A DNA stretch of 57,573 nucleotides, counting the filler, from Sphacelaria rigidula (lineage: Eukaryota), in NCBI GenBank assembly GCA_964200075.2. It is 3 parts of 3 records of this genome, joined end to end, with 100 filler letters (N's around TTAATTAATTAA, not from the genome) between each part and the next. Parts side by side here need not be neighbours in the genome. Positions count along the whole stretch, not along the records: positions 38,455 to 57,573 come from CAXNAA020000732.1; 2 more parts are not named here. One strand, written 5' to 3'. A program made the position numbers and the translations under genes. The notes beneath the pieces are model-generated. The model saw nothing but the letters and a program-made list of their open reading frames with translations. It was not told the DNA's origin and searched no databases. Below are positions 49,720 to 57,573 of this stretch, one piece after another (position 1 is the stretch's first letter; each line of letters begins with the position of its first letter).

Positions 49720-49940
49720 CTGCGCAGGAGGCGTCGATCGCGGGGAACACCGAGAGCGTACATGCAAGGAATAGTGCGCACAGAGGCAATAGATCCAAGA
49801 AGGGTATTTCCGTGGAGGAGTTGGTGTTGAAGGAGAGCCGAGAGGATGAGAGCGGTGGGTGGGCTGGGGTGCACTGCGAATCTAGTTTGGTGATGACGCT
49901 GATGATGCTGTTGCTGTGGGAGGAAGTGTTTGATCCGACG
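49720..49940 (+). CDS. FAN1: FAN1 exon (start of nuclease domain)
   Basis: SVEELVL...GWAGVHCESSLVMTLMMLLLWEEVF is the diagnostic FAN1 'SVEELAL...G.H.E.....TL..LL.WD..F'. Confidence 0.9.
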
Positions 49941-52900
49941 GTGAACGCTGCGGGGGTCCACTACCTTACAGTGAGTTTCTGTGCTTTTTGCAAAGTCGAA
50001 TTTCTCAGTCTCCCTGCAGGGCGGTGGCGATGGAGAATGACGAATCAACGACACCTTATTGGTCCTATGTCTAATGTTGCTGTACGCGTTGTCCTTCATC
50101 TCGAGCGTGGAGTTTATGCGCACATGAGTCAGCGCTCCAGCCGTGAGCTCCCTTCGCCGCTGATGGGCTGTCCACACTTTTTCGGTTCGCTTCCTCCGCG
50201 CTTTTGTCAAGCTAAAGCTAGTGGAGCAATGCCACGGACCCGCTCGACGGTCGCCCCTGATGTTCAATCAGCATTAATTCCTAATCATGTTTGGGGTCGA
50301 GGCGCCATTTTTTTTTTACTGTAGCAGCTGTTCCCAGGACGAGGAGTTAGACTCCTTGGCGAGGACCAAGTCTTTGCCCCTCCCTCCCAGCATTGGGGTT
50401 ATGAGCTGATTTTTGGCGCAAATGTTGGCGCTGTTGGTACCCATCCCACGAACAACCCAGCCGCACCATCTATTTGATTTTTGTTCCTGGGGCGAAGTTA
50501 ACCGGCGAGTCAATGGTGAATTGGTTGACCCCCTATATTTTTATACTCTACTAATGTTGGTCTTTTCAAACTTCTAGATGTTGCGTAACTCGACCCCAGG
50601 GTATCCAACGAAGAAGTGGTACGCAGTTTGGTTGGCTTAAACCATGGGTGCACAAACGTGCGTCAACTTTTCAGACCACCTTTTGTGGAGCCCATAAATC
50701 TGAATTTGCACGCAGATTGAGACTAGTCAGACTGGGTTTTTCATTTTATGGATCCCAATCTGATCTTCGTTGACGGAGCGCAGACTGCGGGAGATACTTA
50801 TGGACCTGGTTCTCCCTCATCTGTGTGCAGATTGGGGGAACATCCCCCCTCCCCCCCTTCAATCTGGTCCGGCGAAAACCCGGCGTGCTCCGTCCCGACT
50901 GTGTAGGGATGCGAGGTCAATGGTCAAATGACTACGGCATGCAAGATCATGAGTACAACCCCCTCAATATGAACATGCGGGCCATAAGCACGGTGACGTA
51001 CAGTGATATGGTAGGAGGCTCATGTTGAAAAGAAAAAGAAGTAGGGGGCTGTCTTGAGAGCGCAGACCGTCCCTACGCCTGCGGTAGCCTCGTTGCACGG
51101 GTCGTTCATAACTCGCGCGCAGTTTGACAAAGAATTAGACAAGTGGCGCTGTACCCTCTGGCAATGGCGATGAAGGTGTGCTGTGCTATGCTGTACTGTG
51201 CTTGTGGGGTGATGGGTTGGTAATCTGCACTAGTGCTGTACTTGCTGTGCTGTAGAGTGTTGTACAGTATTACCGCACGGTAATGCAGTATACTGTCGCA
51301 CAGTATACTTCACTGCACTACGGTACGGTACTATGGTACGGTGCTGCACTTGATGAATAATTCATTGTCGTATTGTTTACTGTCGGATCTTCGACTACCC
51401 TACTGAGCGATGTCCCACCCCTGTAGAAAATAACCCTTTTTGTACCAAAACATTTTTATGAATCTGTGAAGTCCGTGAAGTAAGTGTCCCCTCAAGACCT
51501 GCCATAATCCAACCGCATTCTGCGCCGATTTTTTCTTGTGCAGATTATGGGTTTGTCGACCATGACAAGTTGGTCGCAGATCATACCCCCAAAATTGTGC
51601 GGCAAAAGAACAGTTAGATGAAGTACGTAATTTTAGTAACAATTTCGGGTACATCACTCATTCTCTAAAACGTTTTGAGTAGTTTGTCTCTGTATGTAGG
51701 AAAATGTATGGCAACGAGAATTGCGCAATGATGAATCGCCTATGGCACATACAGTGGTCAAAATTTAAATGTGTTATTCGCTGAATCGGGAATTTGTTGC
51801 AGACGACAATTCACTCAACTTATCGGATTTATCACCTTCAACCAAGAGTGTGAGCGTCGGTAGGCGTTAGAAAATGAAGCTGGTCGTGCTCAGGACACAT
51901 TTACCAATTTTGTGTTGTCGGAACGATACGGAGTAAAAGCCCGTTTATCGCGGGGTGTTGTTGACCGCACATGACCCCAAAACACCGTTTTTCGACTGCA
52001 GCGCAATGAATATCGAGAAAAGAGAACAAGCCAAGGCACACAATTGTTCGATTCGGCCGAGCGAAGATATCTAAGAGCAAGAGCCGGGGGCTGTACACCC
52101 GTAGGACCCCCAAAAATCGGTGAGCCCGTATCTCGTTCGAAATTGCTCGTGGGTTATGTTTTCCTCACACTTGTGTTGGGTACTCATGTCTCTCAATCCC
52201 CAAAGTTCGGGATCAAACAGAGACCGCGATGAGTCGTGGTCAGACCATTTTTTATGGGGACGAATCCCGAATCTGTGGATACCCCAATCTGTGCAAAATT
52301 GGGGTGACTCATATCTGCAAAAATCAGATTTGTCAAAACCCCGTTGTGGTTCCACAGATTCGTTGAAATTGTTCTGTACACGGAGGGTCATTTTCTGCAG
52401 AGGTGTGGTATCTCATCCGCACTGAAACCGAAGAACAGGTTCGCAATTGATCATCCTTCAGAACAGCGTCGTACCGTAGTACCCTAGCAGCCTAGGGTAT
52501 AATACAGTGCGATACACTCCACCATTACAGTACACGATAATGCCGTGTGGTAATACATGGTGGTACAGTCGGTATTGCGAGAACACGCAGTGAACAGTGT
52601 GCGAAAAGAGTTCGCGAATGCAGTGCCGTTCATCACCCTGCAAGTACAGCGGCAGCAGAGAGTAGGATAGTACAGTACCGTTCGTTATGATGGTATGTAC
52701 AGCAGCGCAGTGCAGCATAAAATTATTACCATCGCCGCAGGGTACGTCGTCAACACTTCTTATCCGCTTGTCAAACCTCGTGCGAAGCTGCTGCAGCAGC
52801 TGGCGCGGGCAGGCACGGCCTGTGCTGTCACGAGACTGTCTGCTGCTGCGGTTGCAAAAACATCGAATAACTGTTGCCCGCCTATCATCGTACGTCAATG

Positions 52901-53615
52901 TACATACATCACTTCCTACAGATTTGGGGGGTCTCGATTTCCCCCCAATTTGGGCTCATATTCGGTCAAAACTGTTCTCAAATCGTGACATACGAATCTG
53001 AGCTTCCCCGAGTTGTGCCAAATTGGGGGCCATAAAAGGCCTTTCCCATTTGAGTTCCCCCGATCTGCGTACAGATCGAGATTCATGACTGCCAAAAAAG
53101 ATGGTCGAACCGACAAACCCGAAAAAAAATCGCCTTGACTATTATGCCTGCCAGCTGGCGTGTTTTTCTTTCGAGATCATAGTTATGAATGACTGGCATT
53201 TCCGCAACAATTCCAGCAAGAATGGGTAATCGCAGCGACGAACGACTGCGCAGGGTGGTACACAATACTTGCGTAGACACGAAGGCAGGCCACCAACATA
53301 GATGTGCGAATAGCGTCATTCCGTCCTCGCAGCCAACTGTGGGGCGCGCGAAAGCTGCACTGTGGTGATACTTTTTGTACATCAAGATCAAATGAAACGG
53401 CTACAGTTGGGGGGGAATATAAGCAACCGTTTTGTTTCCGATGGGGACCTCAATGCTACGCCTAATTTCGGTAATGGGGTTTTAGCTTGTGCCGTTCCCA
53501 GGGTTAAGGGGATAGGCACTTGTTTTCCCCGATGGTCACAGGTGAAGCTCTCATGACTCTTATTGAGGCCAGTTCGTAGCTGGTCGATATTTGATGGTTG
53601 TCGCAAGAGAGCTAG

Positions 53616-53800
53616 CTATCTTATGAACTCGGCGCTGGGCACCTGCAACTCCAAATGCTATCCGCTGTGCAGAACAAGCCGCTGGATCTGTACGATGCTT
53701 ACTTCTGGAAGAGGCGGGAAGGCCTTCCCACGAGACTAGGTAGCATTGCGGCAGCCTCTGATCAGCAACTTTGGATAGACGTTGGTCAGCGCTTCGACAG
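53616..53800 (+). CDS. FAN1: FAN1 exon (Q..PLD motif; alternative acceptor at 53673)
   Basis: ...LSAVQNKPLDLYDAYFWKRREGLPTRLGSI... matches FAN1 'Q..PLDL....F...R......RL..I'. Absent from the ORF track; phase 0 start fits the previous exon. Confidence 0.8.
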
Positions 53801-56800
53801 GTGATTGACATGGCGCATCTAGGGCGCTACTGTTCGCAGTACCAGTATGACCGTCTTGACATATTTATATTCGTCTTGTGTGTTTGTTCTTGCGGTAAGG
53901 TGGGGATCGCACCCGCTGAACCCATGACGTGATCAGGGCGCTGATTTTGTTGCATTGCTTGTTATACTGCCAGACTGTCTCTCGCGTATCCCCGGATGGC
54001 GACCATTGGTGATTCATTCTCAGGCCCGTGCATGAGTACCGTCTTTGATTTCGTTTCAACCCATTATTATAGCACAGCAGTCTCATGGCGTCGATCATCG
54101 CCTCCAACAACCATGTGTGTGTGTGTTGATCGCGAGCGTGTTTGCATTTGCGGCGTCCGCTACAGGTACAGCGCCGCGATGGACACTAAATGAACCGCGG
54201 ATATTATTGCACGAGTCTTGTCTCATATTGTCCACCCCAAACCGAACAACTAGCATGTACCAGTGACAACGGAGGGAAGAGCGAACTTTTTGATCGCGGA
54301 CAGCCCAACATGACTAACGTCACCAAGGGTTACCAGCATAAACTTGCATTTATTTCCGTGTACCGTAGCGGCCACTTCCGCCAAGCAAACATTTACCATG
54401 AGTTTTCAGCGTTTTGTACAATGCGGCGTAGGCTAGAGATGACGGCCCTGCTCAGATCCCGGAGGGCTCTTGACCCGTGCGAAGCACGCGGCAGTTGCTC
54501 GACGTCGGTGGTATACAACACGGCCCATCGTATGTGTGAAAAACCAGTACTTGATGTGCCATCAAAAAGTTGGCAGTGCAAACCGAGTTGGGTCAAAACA
54601 GGCACAATGGTTGAACTCGTGGAAAATACCGCCGCCAACCGAGCTTCCAAGCCCGCGCCACTGCTATATGATGATTAACCCTTGCCGCGAAGGGAGTGCT
54701 CGACTTGCTCGGGTAGCATGTGCTAATTTTCAGGCCTACATTACACATTACCTCGGAAAAACGATTTGCGGACATGGATCTCTTGTTTCCCTCGCGCCCG
54801 CCCGAGCTGTGGCAACCTCTCCGGGTCTAGACATGTGCCATAGACATGTGCCATAGACATCTGGCTAAGAGCGGCCTGGACGTGGTGGGTGGTCTTCACC
54901 GCCTTCGTTTCACTTCATTTGAATGGACGACACAATGTACTACTCACCGCACAAGTTTTTTTTTTTTAATGATACATACAGGTGCTACAAATCGTCCAAT
55001 GTAGTGGTACATTGTAATATAGTGATATCGATTTTTCGGCGTATTGTAGGTGGGTAGCTCAGAGGTGCGGCGGAGAAAAGATGCGAGGGCATGGTATCAT
55101 TTTGTAGCCGGGGATGTGAGGTGTGACGGACACGAGGTACCCAAGTCGATTGTTGAATAGCATGCATGAACTCGAAAATATAATTTGGAGATGGGGCCTT
55201 TCTTTTCTTTTCGGTGAAGTAAAGAATATGATCGGGCCGTTACTTGGGGGTTCAGGGAAAGCGCACTCAACCTTGAGCGAATGGCGTCAAGTGCCGACGG
55301 TAGACATGTGATGGCTCAACAACCAAGATACTGTGTTGCTAAGACCCATCTGGCTGAGACAGCCGCGTCCTCAACGTTTTTGCCTTGTGGGGATCTCGTT
55401 CTTCTCACCACCATGCAAAGCGTCCTGGACTCAACCGGCGGATGGGTATTTTGTTGCAGCTGCGGGGGAGTTTATTCCCGTTGTCAAGCTTCGCTGTTTT
55501 TGCTGAGTGAGAGGAAAACCGAAAACCGCCGCGTTTGGTCATGTTGTGTGCTCGCGACACGCACAGATACCCACAAGGCTTGCCCTGGCCCAGCTACCCA
55601 TTCCGGGCCTTGTGTGACGCGAGTCCGTTCGGTGCTTGAGGAGTTACGACTACTCGCTTGCGCTGATGGGACAGAGCAAGCACTGTCGTCACCGGCGGCA
55701 CTAGCTGTGTACTATTGTGCTGCTGTACTGTACTATCGTACTGTAACACCCATGAAGAACCACCACACTGCCGTCTTCGCGTACTCACGTTCGCGTGGAC
55801 GTCTGCCGTAATTATGGCGCAAATTGAAAATCATTACTTTACACAACTTTCTGTTGGTGATTGCCGCAGACAGCACAGCTCGTCTCTCGTGTTGCTGCTG
55901 TGACCACAAGAAACTTCCTTGCCAACCTCATGAGTCGTCTTTGAGGCACGAATGAAGGATTCAGTGCCACAGTTGTGGTGGCGACAGCATGGCCAAAAAA
56001 CCGTCTGCTGGGGTAGCGCTTGTTGCGTGCAGTCACTGTGTGAGCTGTGTGGGCAGCAAGGTTGCAGATGCGCAGTGTGCTTTCTGTGGTATATCATATC
56101 GCATAATCAAATAGCTTTGTATGGCACAGGCGTCATGCACCATAATATATATTCTGTATCGCGTCGTCGTCATTTTCCAAACTTATCAGTAGCACAGAGG
56201 TGCAACATGATTTTTCCCGAATGTGGCCGGCAACTCGATAGATGGGTGGCAGGAAGGCTTGTCTACTTTATGTGCCGAGCGAGCTTTTTTCGTGAAGGGT
56301 CTGTCAGCGTTCAGGATTGAACAACCGAAGTCTTTTCGGAAAACTGAGTGGAATATGATCAAAATTATACTTGATTTGAACTAGACGATGTCATTCTAAT
56401 TTTTGAGTCTTGTATGGGACTGCAACGAAGGTGTTGCTGTCGTTAATGTGGTGATCTCGTAGCCGAGCAGGAGAACATTTGGGAGAAAAAGCGTTCTTTC
56501 GGCATCGTTTGAACCCCGTTTACCAAACGGTATGAGTATTAGTTTGGTGGTTTTGCTTCAGACGCGTGACCACCCCAAGTTGCTGGATATTTCTACTTGA
56601 AATTAGTATTGTCATGCTTGTCCAAAGGTGCCCAACACCCAAGTGCTCAAGAAGTACTCTTCGGGGACGACACAGTTCGTGCGCGATATATTGCGGTGTT
56701 CGCCTTCATTCCTGTATGAGGCTGTCATGTATATGTCATGTATTTGTTAGCTCAAACGTGCGTTGTTTCCGTCGGCGAAGATACGAGAAAACATGGGTTT

Positions 56801-57253
56801 CCGGCATGCTTGGTGACGTGCGTCATCAAGGTGAACTGAAGTACAGCTAAACATATCACGACCTCGACCTCCCAAATACCCACCCGAAAGTTCCTGTCCG
56901 AAGGCTACACCCCATCCCCCTCTGTTCTCCTCTAATGTGAAGGACATAGTTTTGGCTCATCTTAAGAGTGACGAGAGACACATGGCCCTGCTTTGGTCGT
57001 CGGGACGGTAAGAAGCAAAAAGTGGGCGGTAAGTGCGTCATCTCGACATCGGACAGCAGGGTCGTTGTCCCACTGGCAACCAGACTGCTATGTTTGTGGC
57101 GTGTCGGTGTGATGGTGTGATGGTCCTTTGCACGAATCGTGTCGGTTGGGCTCCATGGTTGTACAATGTACTTGGTGGTATGATGGTGAGATGCGTTGGG
57201 TTGTTTTTCATTGCTGCATCTTCGCCATCTCCGAACTTTGTGTTCGCTGTCAG

Positions 57254-57337
57254 GAACGGTGGATCGCGTGTCTCGCTTCTCACCGCGTGCGGTGCTGTGG
57301 GTCGGTGCGTTGGTGGTATGGCATGGACGAGGCATAG
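57254..57337 (+). CDS. FAN1: Candidate FAN1 terminal exon
   Basis: CAG|ERWIACLASHRVRCC... resembles the VRR-NUC end 'Q..W+..L...G+.V.VC.V'. Intervening catalytic exons were not identified. Confidence 0.3.
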   Translation, partial: ERWIACLASHRVRCCGSVRWWYGMDEA

Positions 57338-57573
57338 ATGAAGAAGGATGACATAATCTCATCCTGTTCATCCAAAAATACGTCCGCGATTGCCGCTGCT
57401 TAGCGTGCCCTGTTTGAAGTCCATGTGTCTAATCACGACTTGACTTTTGCTCAGAAAAATTCGCTTGGCAACCAATCGCTCGATGCGTGTTCTAGCCGTT
57501 TAACAGCCGATTTTAAATTTTGGGGTTCATACAAAATATGGGGTTGAAGTGGCATATCTGTCTTGCACGAAAG

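Noticed and set aside
51180..51350. (CTGTR)n/(ACAGY)n pentamer tracts (also ~23327 and ~52500-52690)
   Set aside because: Ordinary degenerate simple repeats scattered through the introns.

Overview
Eukaryotic, intron-rich nuclear DNA of about 50% GC, most likely from a brown alga (Ectocarpales-like). That assignment is inferred from the exon/intron style, an Ectocarpus-type ROCO remnant and an adhesin-like exon. I reconstructed phase-consistent GT-AG spliced gene models by hand: 26S proteasome lid subunit RPN3 (first two exons, minus strand; exon 2 has a frameshift), an MDP-1-type HAD phosphatase with an apparent bipartite plastid-targeting presequence (+), an NCA2/DGS1-family gene (minus, running into a gap), the first exon of a secreted POMP/adhesin-like protein (+), and FAN1 nuclease (+, many exons). 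Between MDP1 and NCA2 lies a rearranged block: a retrotransposon gag ORF is cut in its zinc knuckle by a 242-bp element with 56-bp inverted termini. A third copy of the terminus follows head-to-head, forming a perfect 76-bp palindrome, and then comes a 5'-truncated, frameshifted ROCO (COR/C-terminal) gene. Introns and intergenic DNA carry nested MITEs, a dispersed repeat family (at least 8 copies), a perfect 202-bp inverted repeat, alternating-orientation motif arrays and microsatellites. Two 100-nt N spacers containing TTAATTAATTAA are assembly joins. All family assignments come from recalled motifs; no database search was run. I see no CRISPR array, rRNA or intact tRNA.
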